Assembly: GCA_039802265.1 (NCBI GenBank)
Contig: JBDRWI010000002.1
Span: 6,430 to 70,429 of the forward strand
Reading direction: 5' to 3'
DNA: 64,000 bases
From: a candidate division WOR-3 bacterium
GTDB taxonomy: Bacteria > Hydrothermota > Tepidihabitantia > SM23-42 > JAOAFX01
In this document: positions 19,968 to 29,391 of the stretch, piece by piece
Position numbering within the stretch: the stretch's first letter is position 1
Layout of the letters: each line of letters starts with the position of its first letter
The notes under the pieces: generated by a model
What the model saw: only the letters and a program-made list of their open reading frames with translations
Database searches by the model: none
Told to the model about the DNA's origin: nothing
Made by a program: the position numbers and the translations under genes

Positions 19968-20038
19968 TGGGGGATCGTCTAATGGTAGGACAGTTGGCTC
20001 TGGACCAACCGGTCGGGGTTCAAATCCCTGTCCCCCAG
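19968..20038 (+). tRNA. tRNA-Gln (CTG)
   Basis: TGGGGGA/TCCCCCA acceptor; GTTGG-CTCTGGA-CCAAC; promoter TTGACT-N16-TATAAT 19927-19954. Confidence 0.96.
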
Positions 20039-20047
20039 TAATCTAAA

Positions 20048-21334
20048 CTACTGTCTTGAAATTAAGGATTTAACCATTTTGTAAATTTCTGGTTTCTTTC
20101 CGGTATAATACCAGGTATAAAAATGGTTGTTGTGGTATAAGGGGTCAGTATTCATATTAAATCCCGTCTTATCAAATTCAACCGTATAGGGAATGGGTGA
20201 GAATTCACACAGGTGGGGATGGACGCCAAGGCTATGGCATAGCTCTATTCCATCCACTATTTCTTCATAAGATTGCCCAGGGAGTCCATACAGAAGATAG
20301 ACATGGAGCTGACTTGATGAAAATCCGGTTTTTTTTAGAATTTCTACCGCATTTAAGAATTCAGCTGTTGTGACTTTATTCCCGGTCTTCTGTTGCACCC
20401 CTGGATTTGTCGTTTCAAGGCTGAGATAGATTGTCTTAAAGTTTGCCTTAAACATCAATCGGGCAATTTTTTCATTAATAAACCGACAATGGAGCCCATT
20501 GGAACTATGGAGATTCAAATTCAGTCCTCTATTTATTATTTCTCCAAGAAACACAGGAAAGGTTGGATTACAAAGTAATGCGTCATCAAAAAATGCAATA
20601 TTTTTTGTTTTTGAAGCAAAATTCTCAATTTGTTTAAGTAAAAGTTTAATATCAAAAGTATCGTATTTAGGATATAGGGTTCGTGTTGCACAATAAGTGC
20701 AATTGAACGGGCATCCCCTTGAGGTTATTGCAACCCCATAGTTTAGAGATTCGTATAACGAAAAATCGGGTAAGAGATTTTTCGTTTCAACAAATTTTTT
20801 TATGTACCCCTTTCCCTGAAGAAATTTGATTAATTCGGTTTCTGCCGGACCCGAAATGATATAATCAGCACCAGCGTTGTTCTCTGCATGTTTTCGGCAA
20901 AGGGTAGCATAAAGTCCACCAAGAATAATTGGAATTTTCGGGAAATTTTCCTTTAAGAGTCTTATCGCCTCAAACACACCTAAGTACCAGTAGGTCATTG
21001 AAGAGGTGATAAAAATCAGATCGGGTGTTTCTATCTTTTTTATCCTGGCTATGAAAATTTCCCTGGGAATGCCATATCTCTTGTATCTCCTAGGCACATT
21101 TTTGTAAACCGTTGGTTTTTCAACAACCTCGCAATGGTATTTTCCCCGACCATAACTATCGGTTCTGGTCTGGGTCTTAAAATAAGGGCTTAGGCGATCC
21201 ATACAGTCAATAAATTCAATCTCAAAGCCAATTTCTTTTAAAATCCTTGCTACAATCAAAAGTCCCAGGGGTTTGTTCCAGAAGTCAAATGCCTTAAAAT
21301 CATAGATCCAGGGATTAACTAAAAGTGCCCGCAT
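20048..21334 (-). CDS. B12-binding-domain radical SAM protein
   Basis: KPLGLL..A N-terminus, LGGLYATL, TSRGCPFNCTYC, FFDDAL. Confidence 0.88.
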   Translation of the reverse strand: MRALLVNPWIYDFKAFDFWNKPLGLLIVARILKEIGFEIEFIDCMDRLSPYFKTQTRTDSYGRGKYHCEVVEKPTVYKNVPRRYKRYGIPREIFIARIKKIETPDLIFITSSMTYWYLGVFEAIRLLKENFPKIPIILGGLYATLCRKHAENNAGADYIISGPAETELIKFLQGKGYIKKFVETKNLLPDFSLYESLNYGVAITSRGCPFNCTYCATRTLYPKYDTFDIKLLLKQIENFASKTKNIAFFDDALLCNPTFPVFLGEIINRGLNLNLHSSNGLHCRFINEKIARLMFKANFKTIYLSLETTNPGVQQKTGNKVTTAEFLNAVEILKKTGFSSSQLHVYLLYGLPGQSYEEIVDGIELCHSLGVHPHLCEFSPIPYTVEFDKTGFNMNTDPLYHNNHFYTWYYTGKKPEIYKMVKSLISRQ

Positions 21335-21419
21335 TGCCAATTTTATTCATTGCGTAAATTAAGTCAATGTGCGAGAAGTAAATCATTGACACCTGATTAT
21401 ATTTGTTTATAATCTAATT

Positions 21420-21767
21420 ATGAAAAAAGGTTTTTTGCGAACATACGGTATCGTTGCGCTCCTCATATCAGTAGCGATTGTCGGGGTGCTTGTATATCGG
21501 AGCGGTAATGTATATACCAAAAAGGATAGGATGATTAGCACGCCGGTTTCAACCTTAGAAAGGACATACGCCTTAGATTGCCAGATGCGAATTAGAAAGA
21601 TAGAAGATGCAATTCAAATGTATTATGCCGAGTATGGTAAATATCCGGATATGCTCAGTGATTTAACAGCAATTAAGATTGATGAAACTTATTGCCCGGT
21701 CAGTGGCGAGGCATATATATACGACCCCAATAGGGGAACTGTAATATGCCCTAAACATAGAAGATAG
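21420..21767 (+). CDS. Small pilin/pseudopilin-like protein
   Basis: MKKGF then hydrophobic helix; I..AIQMYYAEYGKYP..L.DL; CPVSG...CPKH. Confidence 0.6.
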   Translation: MKKGFLRTYGIVALLISVAIVGVLVYRSGNVYTKKDRMISTPVSTLERTYALDCQMRIRKIEDAIQMYYAEYGKYPDMLSDLTAIKIDETYCPVSGEAYIYDPNRGTVICPKHRR

Positions 21768-21777
21768 CGAGGAGGTA

Positions 21778-22524
21778 ATGAAATTTTTGAGCCGGATTTA
21801 TATAAAGGTCATTCAGCTATGGTATCTGGTTATTATCCTTTTGACCTTAAACTGTCCGCCTATGGTCTATTCACCCCATGCCCAAAATGAGATTATCAGA
21901 CCCCTCAATCAAGGTAGTGAAATACATGAAATTGGTGGTGCATTTGCCTATAATAAATGGATTGTAGAAGAAAAACCTGATACTGTATATCTAAAAACTT
22001 ACCCGAATGAAAGTTTCAGTTTCTTTCATAATGCAAATGCAGAAGGAAAGAGTTTTTGTGGGTTTGGTGGCATTGAACTTATTGGTTTTCCACTTCAATG
22101 GTGGAACGGTAATTCCTCGGGCTTCATACTCTGGCTCAAACCACGCTTTGGGTTCCAATATTGTGGAGATGTGACCACTTTTAGACTATGTCTTTTACCC
22201 TTAAATTTTTATCTTGCGCTTGAAAATGGGGATTATGGTATTGGCGGTGGACCGTCAATATTTGATTTTTATCAACTTTCCCTTTTGCTTCATAACTATA
22301 AACCGACAAAGAACATATACTGGATTGGTCTCAGGAATTCATCAAGTGCCGTGGGGATAGTGGTGGGTGGTGAATTTGGCGCAAGTTCTAACTATCTTTT
22401 AAGAGGGGAGTATAGTTATCTCATTAGGACCCCTTATTCACTCCTTATCACGGGAGAAGATTTTGAGTCCATTCGCGGCTCGGTTCATTATGTCACAATC
22501 GGTCTCTTCAGGGGGATGCGGTGA
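21778..22524 (+). CDS. Hypothetical exported/lipoprotein, possible beta-barrel
   Basis: Hydrophobic N-terminus ending LTLNC; SD GGAGG. Confidence 0.55.
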   Translation: MKFLSRIYIKVIQLWYLVIILLTLNCPPMVYSPHAQNEIIRPLNQGSEIHEIGGAFAYNKWIVEEKPDTVYLKTYPNESFSFFHNANAEGKSFCGFGGIELIGFPLQWWNGNSSGFILWLKPRFGFQYCGDVTTFRLCLLPLNFYLALENGDYGIGGGPSIFDFYQLSLLLHNYKPTKNIYWIGLRNSSSAVGIVVGGEFGASSNYLLRGEYSYLIRTPYSLLITGEDFESIRGSVHYVTIGLFRGMR

Positions 22525-22558
22525 TTTATTTATTGTAAGGACAGGGATTTATAGAGAA

Positions 22559-24019
22559 TCAGGCAAGGCAGAGCGAAACTATATGGGCAAGGCTCTCTAA
22601 GTTGTCAATGAATAGTTTAAAGAATTCTGAACTTGGGAAGATGCTTGATAAAAGCTTTGCTGCTAAAGGAGCAGACTCTTCAGGAGGAAGACAGTAATGC
22701 ATCTTTAAAAACTGAGAGCGGTACCTTTTTATCTCCTCTTTTACATTCTTATTTCTGATAATCACATCACCAATGAATTCGGCAAGGGGACCGAAATCAT
22801 TTTCCTTCATTCCGAACCTTGTCATCTCCTGGACACCCATTCTTATGCCACTTGCCGAAAGAAAACTCTCGTCGTCAGGCAGTGCCTGATAATTGGTGAT
22901 GATATTGTTATCCTCAAGCCGCCGGGCAAGTTCGTTTCCAGTACCATATTTTTTAATCCTAATTACAACCTGGTGCGTCTCGGTGAAGCCTTCTCTTTCA
23001 TCACCTTCAACATCAATGCCACAATCCTTTAATGCCCGGGCAAATGCCTTGGCATTCTTCTGAACCTGAGCTTGATACTCTTTCTTAAATGCATTCATCT
23101 CATATGTCGCCATTAATAGTGCTAAAAGCGTCCCAAGGTGGTGATTGCTTGTCGAACCAGGGAATGCCCGACTCTTTATCTCTGTCCATAGTTTTGATAG
23201 GGGAGAGTCTTTGGTAATGGTCGAGGCGATGACACCCCGCTGGGGTCCAAAGAATGTCTTGTGGGTACTGCCCGTTACAATGTCTGCACCTTCTTTAAAA
23301 GGCTCCTGAAACGCACCGTAAAGTCCGAGCACATGTGCCATATCATACATTAATACCGGCCTGGGATTAAGGTCTTTGACAATATTATAGACGAATTCGA
23401 CGGGCTCTTTATGCAGAAACATACTCTTACCGAAGACGATAAGTTCTGGTTTTTCCTTTTTTAAGATTTCAGCGATTCCATTTAAATCCGCCTTGTGCAT
23501 ACAGTCAGAACAAACCGGAAAGTTTATCACCCGTTCTTTCTGGGTTTTCGGGTCTTCTTCAACATAATTAAATAAGGCACCCATTGGCTGGGAACTCAAG
23601 TGCCCACCTTTGTTCAGGTCATTATTCATAACCAATTTCAGGCGTCTGAATGGCTCATCGGCCCTGCGGTCCCGATTGATAAATTTTACCATTGCCTTGA
23701 ATACCACTTCATTTGCCATCTGTCCGCTTATCGGTCTTAGTTCAATACTGGGACAATCAAAATACTCAGCCATTTCTTTGCGCAATTCTTCTTCTATGTC
23801 CCGGATAAAATCGGTTCCCTGATAAAAGTATACTTCTTCGCCCTTCATCGTTCGGTGTTCTGCATACCTGCCAGCCGGATCTGAGATTTCACAGAGCTTA
23901 ACCAAGAGACTGGGGGTGGTCTCAGATGGTATTAGATTAAAACATTCGCGCTGCCGCCAGATGTTATTATTTATTATTTTTTCTGCCAAAATTTCTATTT
24001 TTTCTTTTAATGTAGCCAA
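22559..24019 (-). CDS. glyA: Serine hydroxymethyltransferase-like PLP enzyme (divergent)
   Basis: NLIPSE, GGHLS, YDMAHVLGL, GSTHKTFFGPQRG (PLP Lys), SGIRMG. Confidence 0.8.
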   Translation of the reverse strand: MATLKEKIEILAEKIINNNIWRQRECFNLIPSETTPSLLVKLCEISDPAGRYAEHRTMKGEEVYFYQGTDFIRDIEEELRKEMAEYFDCPSIELRPISGQMANEVVFKAMVKFINRDRRADEPFRRLKLVMNNDLNKGGHLSSQPMGALFNYVEEDPKTQKERVINFPVCSDCMHKADLNGIAEILKKEKPELIVFGKSMFLHKEPVEFVYNIVKDLNPRPVLMYDMAHVLGLYGAFQEPFKEGADIVTGSTHKTFFGPQRGVIASTITKDSPLSKLWTEIKSRAFPGSTSNHHLGTLLALLMATYEMNAFKKEYQAQVQKNAKAFARALKDCGIDVEGDEREGFTETHQVVIRIKKYGTGNELARRLEDNNIITNYQALPDDESFLSASGIRMGVQEMTRFGMKENDFGPLAEFIGDVIIRNKNVKEEIKRYRSQFLKMHYCLPPEESAPLAAKLLSSIFPSSEFFKLFIDNLESLAHIVSLCLA

Positions 24020-24087
24020 TTATTCTCCCATTGAAAAACAGCTAACAAATTTAGTTCTAATATTCAGTAGCAATTTATTATAAGTTT

Positions 24088-24246
24088 TCATTCTTTCTTC
24101 TTTGTCTCAAGGTAGGTGCCGATAAGAAAACCCAAGACGATCAGAAAAAGAATCAGAATTGTGCGCCAGAAGCCGAAACATGCAAGGAATATCCCGATAA
24201 TACCGGCAATTATTGCTCCGACTATACCTTTATTCATCTTACCCAT
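24088..24246 (-). CDS. Small integral membrane protein (DUF2273-like)
   Basis: Two hydrophobic segments, GFWRTILI; promoter TTGACA-N16-TAAAAT 24282-24255. Confidence 0.65.
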   Translation of the reverse strand: MGKMNKGIVGAIIAGIIGIFLACFGFWRTILILFLIVLGFLIGTYLETKKKE

Positions 24247-24293
24247 AACACTATATTTTATCCAGATTTTATAAGGTGTCAATACAATAAAAA

Positions 24294-25391
24294 TCATCCA
24301 AAGAGCGAGGGGGCTGTCTTCAAAATAGTTTGATAGCGGAACGGATATTCTGTTTTAAGATTAATAACACCACAGGGTGGACTTTTTGAGTTCGGACAAA
24401 AACGGAGACAATCACCGGAGCAATCAATGGGTATAAATTTGTTCTTCTCAATACGGATATGAACTGGATTTCTCCTTGAGCCCTCACAGGTTGGAATACC
24501 ATTAGAATCATATTCTCTTCCCAGTTCCTGACAGACTGCATAGGTGAGTCCTTTTTCTTCTACCTTATTTTTAAACCACCTGTGGAATTTCTTCCTGGTG
24601 TCTATATCTACCATAAACCGTTTCCTGATAGAATCCGGATGATAATTATAATATTCAATTACCCTTTTGATCCGGTCCTTAAACTTTGTTCTCTTTAAAC
24701 TCAAAAGGAGGTTTTCCATTGAGATTTTGTTGAAATATCCGGTTGAGGCAATAATATGTTTTACCCCGGCATTTTTGATCCTTTCAATCAACCAAAATAG
24801 GTCCGCCGGCTCAATAATCCCAAGAATTGTGGGGTCTGTGCGGCAGACAACCTCAATACCAAGATCAATCAAAAATTTCATTGCACCGAGACGCTCCTTA
24901 ATCTTTGAGGCATTGGGACTAGTGATTACCTGCTTTTGGGGTGTCGTTTCTACGGTCATCTCCAAAAACCAGTATGGATAATTGATGAGTTCTGGAATTT
25001 CTTTAATCAATTCCCTAACTCCTTCAGCACATTTTGTGACCACGCGAAAACTTAATCTATATGAAATAATAATCCTGATAATCTGAAAGGTTAGTTTTCT
25101 AATTTCAGAAATAGGCTGTAAGGGATCAGTAATCTGACTTAAATATAAGGGAAAGACAATCCTTAAGTTTTGTATTTCCATATTCAACTTATTGGGTAGA
25201 TTTTGGTAAATTTTAATCTTATTTGGTTCAGACCACACATACGCCCGGGCATAGCATATCGGACAGGCGAATATACAACCTCCGGAATTGGTGAGCGAAA
25301 CAAGGGAGGTATGGGGACATTTTCTATTTTCTAATGAATAAGGAAAATCGTGGATTACCCTGCCCGATAGGTGTTTTATTTCAATTTCCAT
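24294..25391 (-). CDS. Radical SAM protein (SplB/DNA-repair-like) with Cys-rich C-terminus
   Basis: GCIFACPICYA, TDPLQP, VVTK. Confidence 0.8.
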   Translation of the reverse strand: MEIEIKHLSGRVIHDFPYSLENRKCPHTSLVSLTNSGGCIFACPICYARAYVWSEPNKIKIYQNLPNKLNMEIQNLRIVFPLYLSQITDPLQPISEIRKLTFQIIRIIISYRLSFRVVTKCAEGVRELIKEIPELINYPYWFLEMTVETTPQKQVITSPNASKIKERLGAMKFLIDLGIEVVCRTDPTILGIIEPADLFWLIERIKNAGVKHIIASTGYFNKISMENLLLSLKRTKFKDRIKRVIEYYNYHPDSIRKRFMVDIDTRKKFHRWFKNKVEEKGLTYAVCQELGREYDSNGIPTCEGSRRNPVHIRIEKNKFIPIDCSGDCLRFCPNSKSPPCGVINLKTEYPFRYQTILKTAPSLFG

Positions 25392-25470
25392 ATTTCAATA
25401 TTATCAAATTTAGAGTTTTTTGCAATATCTTTCTGTTGACTTTTCGTCAAATGTTGTGTATTATTATTCA

Positions 25471-27426
25471 ATGCTTGTTATCTTTTTTTTAAGCGCAATT
25501 TTAATAAAGGCACAGGACCCACTGGGAAACGATGTCTCTGGTGACCATCAATTTGGCGAGGTAGATGAATTTTTAAAAAAGCCAATTGTGGTGCGTGTTT
25601 TTGACAAAGACAAAAAACCAAAGGTGAATGCCCAGGTTATTTTTTCTGTTTTATCTGAACCCGAAGAAAATATCATATCTAAAAAATTTATGGAGCTGGA
25701 ACAGGAAACAACAAAAACGGACCGCGATGGCTACGCAAAAACCCGCGTTAAATTAGGTGGTACAAAGGGTACTTATTATATAATTGCAAAATGCGAAAAC
25801 GAAAGTCTGGTCTTCACTCAAATTGGGCTTGAAAAGAACTTTTTTTTATTTGTCATTTTTTCAATTATTGGTGGTCTCGGACTTTTCATCTTTGGTTTAA
25901 ACTATGGGAGTAAGGGTCTGGTTCGCATGTTGGGTTCAAAAATGCGTGATATTCTCTTTACCTTTACCAGGAATAGGGTTGTTGCATTATTTACCGGTAT
26001 CCTTGTTACAATAATACTCGGTTCAAGCACTGCCGCATCCGTTCTTTTAGTTCGTTTCGCCTCACTGGGGATAATTAGCCTGACACCGGCTCTCGGAGTA
26101 ATGCTGGGTGCAGACATTGGAACGACAATTGCCGTTCAATTACTTGCCTTTAAAATATTGGACTATGCCCTTTTGATTATTGCGGTGGGTGTCTTTTTAA
26201 GACTTCTATTTCCGACATTAAGAAACATCGCACAGTTTATCTTTGGTATCGGACTCTTATTTTTTTCTCTAAAGATTATGTCCGGACCGGTTAGTAGTTT
26301 AAAATATTTTCCAGGTTTAATTTCAGCCATCAATTATCTCAGCACTGTGCCCCTGATTGGTGTCTTGCTCGGTGCACTTTTTGCCTTTATTTTGCACTCC
26401 AGTGCTGCCGTGATTGGCGTGATTCTTGTGCTGGCATTTGAATCTCTAATTCCTTTGCCTTCAGCGATATCAATAGTTCTTGGGGCTAATCTTGGAACGA
26501 CATTTACTACACTATTTATTTCTGATACTACAAGTGGAAAGCGCGTTGCCTCGGGTAATTTTTTCTTTAAAATTATTGCCGTTTTAATATTCTTACCAAT
26601 ACTGAATTATGTGACCAAAATATTAGGAATTATCGGCGGTGATGTTGCTCGGCAGATTGCCAACTTTCATACAATCTTTAATATCTGTATTGCCTTGCTC
26701 TTTTTACCTGTTCTTGAACCGATATCCCGGATTCTGGAAAAACTGATTGCGGAAACGAGAGAAGAGATTATGCGCATAAAGCGACTTGACCCCGCCTTTC
26801 TTGCGACACCGGCGATTGCCCTTGGTCAAGCAACAAAGGAAATTCTACTTATGGCGGATACTACAATTAAAATGCTGGAGGATTCACTGGTCGTGTTCAA
26901 AAATAAGGATATTGCCTTGAGAAAAAAGATTATGCAGACCGACGATGAAGTTGATAAATTTGAAGAACTTATTACTCCTTATATCTCAAAAATTGAACAC
27001 GATGATATGGATGAAAAGACAGGAAAGATGCAAAGAGTCCTGCTAACTGTTGTTACTGAACTTGAGCATATCGGTGATATAATCTCCAAGAGTCTGATGG
27101 ATTATGCAAAAAAACAAATTGATGGAGGTCTGGTTTTTTCCCAGGAGGGGGTTAATGAGATAACTGAGTTCCACCAATTTGTTTTGACAACATTGAGGAT
27201 GGCAGTAAATAGCCTGGCAACACACAACCAGGAACTTGCTGCAAAAACAGCGGAAAGACGGGAAATGGGGCTTGAGGCTGTTAAAAGATATGAAACCAAT
27301 CATTTACTGAGGTTGAGCAGGGGGTTAAAAGAAACCATTGAGACCTCAACAATCCATCTTGATATCTTAAGTGACCTTGAGCGGATAAACTTCCACGCTT
27401 CAGAGATCGGTAAGGCGCTATTATGA
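25471..27426 (+). CDS. Na/Pi cotransporter (NptA/PNaS) with N-terminal Ig-like domain and C-terminal PhoU-like domain
   Basis: GSSTAAS / HSSAAV repeats, GADIGTT, GANLGTT, QIANFHTIFN, LEHIGD, LERINFH; ATG 25471 chosen from promoter. Confidence 0.88.
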   Translation: MLVIFFLSAILIKAQDPLGNDVSGDHQFGEVDEFLKKPIVVRVFDKDKKPKVNAQVIFSVLSEPEENIISKKFMELEQETTKTDRDGYAKTRVKLGGTKGTYYIIAKCENESLVFTQIGLEKNFFLFVIFSIIGGLGLFIFGLNYGSKGLVRMLGSKMRDILFTFTRNRVVALFTGILVTIILGSSTAASVLLVRFASLGIISLTPALGVMLGADIGTTIAVQLLAFKILDYALLIIAVGVFLRLLFPTLRNIAQFIFGIGLLFFSLKIMSGPVSSLKYFPGLISAINYLSTVPLIGVLLGALFAFILHSSAAVIGVILVLAFESLIPLPSAISIVLGANLGTTFTTLFISDTTSGKRVASGNFFFKIIAVLIFLPILNYVTKILGIIGGDVARQIANFHTIFNICIALLFLPVLEPISRILEKLIAETREEIMRIKRLDPAFLATPAIALGQATKEILLMADTTIKMLEDSLVVFKNKDIALRKKIMQTDDEVDKFEELITPYISKIEHDDMDEKTGKMQRVLLTVVTELEHIGDIISKSLMDYAKKQIDGGLVFSQEGVNEITEFHQFVLTTLRMAVNSLATHNQELAAKTAERREMGLEAVKRYETNHLLRLSRGLKETIETSTIHLDILSDLERINFHASEIGKALL

Positions 27427-29327
27427 AAAGACACCAACTATTCTTCAGCGTTCTTTTACTGATTCTTGTGGGAATGTTCTTTATAATCATTATAAAAAGC
27501 AGTCAGAATGCAGTGCTGGAACTGTTTAAAAAGGAGGCCCGTGCTTTCCTTACGGTGGTAGCCCTCAGCCAGGAGAATTCCCTATTTGCTGAGGCAAACC
27601 TGGAAGGAATGATTATTGATAATCTCATAAATCTGATAAATGCTCTAAATGACATCGGTATTTCCCGTAATAACCTTGAACAATTTTGCAAGAATTTTAA
27701 TTTAAAATCAATGGTTGTTTTAAATTCCCGGACAAAAGGGATTGTTGCCCAGTCTGGCGACCCAATAGAACTTGTAATAAAAAAGACCATCCCCGAAGAT
27801 AAAATGTCATTCCACTATTTTACTTTTAGAGATGAAAAATTTATTCGTTTTATCTATAAAATTAAAAACTACCTGATTCAGATTGAAATTTCCGCGGATG
27901 TAGTCAGAAAGTTCAGTCAGGAATTTGGAATCAGCAGAATTCTTAATGAATTAAGCGCAAGTCCTGCCGTTAAATATTTGGCACTTCAGGATACAAAAGG
28001 AATTATCCTCGCCTCACCCGGTGTAAAACAATTGACCAGAATTGAAAGTGATACATCTCTAATGAAGGTTATAGCAGAAAAGACGGAATTGATAAGAATT
28101 GCTGATTTTGAAGGAGAAAAAATTCTTGAAATTGCTGAACCCTTTGTTGTTGATGGAAAAACACTCGGTATTTTCCGTATCGGGATGAACTTAAATCTAT
28201 ACTATAATTATATTAGGACAAGCAATATTCAACTCTTTTCTATCTTTGCTATTTTATCCTTCACAATTCTCTTGTTGATTTTTCTTTATCTGAGATACGA
28301 AAGAACGTTTAATCTGACTGAGTTATTTTCAGGAATTCTCGGTACAATAGAGGAAGGTGTTCTCTTTATCGATAGAAAGAAGAGAATTACCGGTGTAAAT
28401 AGGAGATTCTGCAGTTTTGTTGGCACGAGCGAATCAAAGGTCCGGCAAAAAAATTATAAAGAGATTTTTGCTGATGATCCGTTTTCCATAGAAGATACCC
28501 TGCGCGATGGTACGACTATCGAAGAAGAGAAGAACCTCTTTGGGAAAATCTTGAGTTTCACAACCTATCCTGTCTTTGATTCAAAAAAGGAAATTACCGG
28601 TGTCATCACAATAGTCCGTGATATGACGCAAATCAGGGAAATTGAAAAAGAAAAAAGAGAAAGAGAGCATCTCCAATTTCTTGGTAATCTCGTTGCAAAC
28701 TTTGCCCACGAAATAAAAAACCCATTGAACGGTTTGGCGATTGCGGTTCAGCGATTAAACAAAGAGTTCTCTTTTGAAGATCCGGAATATCGGTTGCTTA
28801 TTTCTATCTTGGATAAAGAAATAGATTCATTGAATCGGGTGGTAAATGATTTCTTGAGTCTGGTGAGGCCTGTCATTAAAGAAAAGTGTATCTTCAATCT
28901 GAGTCAATTAATAAAGGATATTACTTTATTTATTCGGGAGCAGGCGCGAAAAAAAGGTGTAACAATAAGGGAGAATATTGAAGAAAATATAGAATTTTTA
29001 GGTAATGAGGGTGAAATCAAAAGGGCGGTTCTGAACATTATCTTAAATGCAATGGAGGCGGTCCCGGAAATGACCGGTGAGATTAAAGTGAGTTTGAGAA
29101 AGGAAAAAAAGGGATTATTGATAGAAATTAAAGATAACGGTCCGGGTATCCCGCCGGAAATTCAAAAAAGAATCTTTGAACCATATTTTACAACTCGTAC
29201 GGGCGGCACGGGTCTGGGACTTTATATTGCCCACAGAATAATAAAAGACCACGATGGGATTATCATGGTTGGAAGCACTCCCGAGCAAGGCTCGACATTC
29301 ACAATCAATCTGCCCTGCAGAGATTGA
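27423..29327 (+). CDS. Membrane sensor histidine kinase with PAS domain (AtoS/ZraS-like)
   Basis: Two TMs; FAHEIKNPL, NIILNAMEA, DNGPGI, FEPYFTT, GTGLGL. Confidence 0.92.
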   Translation: MKRHQLFFSVLLLILVGMFFIIIIKSSQNAVLELFKKEARAFLTVVALSQENSLFAEANLEGMIIDNLINLINALNDIGISRNNLEQFCKNFNLKSMVVLNSRTKGIVAQSGDPIELVIKKTIPEDKMSFHYFTFRDEKFIRFIYKIKNYLIQIEISADVVRKFSQEFGISRILNELSASPAVKYLALQDTKGIILASPGVKQLTRIESDTSLMKVIAEKTELIRIADFEGEKILEIAEPFVVDGKTLGIFRIGMNLNLYYNYIRTSNIQLFSIFAILSFTILLLIFLYLRYERTFNLTELFSGILGTIEEGVLFIDRKKRITGVNRRFCSFVGTSESKVRQKNYKEIFADDPFSIEDTLRDGTTIEEEKNLFGKILSFTTYPVFDSKKEITGVITIVRDMTQIREIEKEKREREHLQFLGNLVANFAHEIKNPLNGLAIAVQRLNKEFSFEDPEYRLLISILDKEIDSLNRVVNDFLSLVRPVIKEKCIFNLSQLIKDITLFIREQARKKGVTIRENIEENIEFLGNEGEIKRAVLNIILNAMEAVPEMTGEIKVSLRKEKKGLLIEIKDNGPGIPPEIQKRIFEPYFTTRTGGTGLGLYIAHRIIKDHDGIIMVGSTPEQGSTFTINLPCRD

Positions 29328-29391
29328 TTCTTTGATAGATTGACTTTTCCGAAATTATATGTAGAATTATAATGGCTAACAAAGGAGCCCA

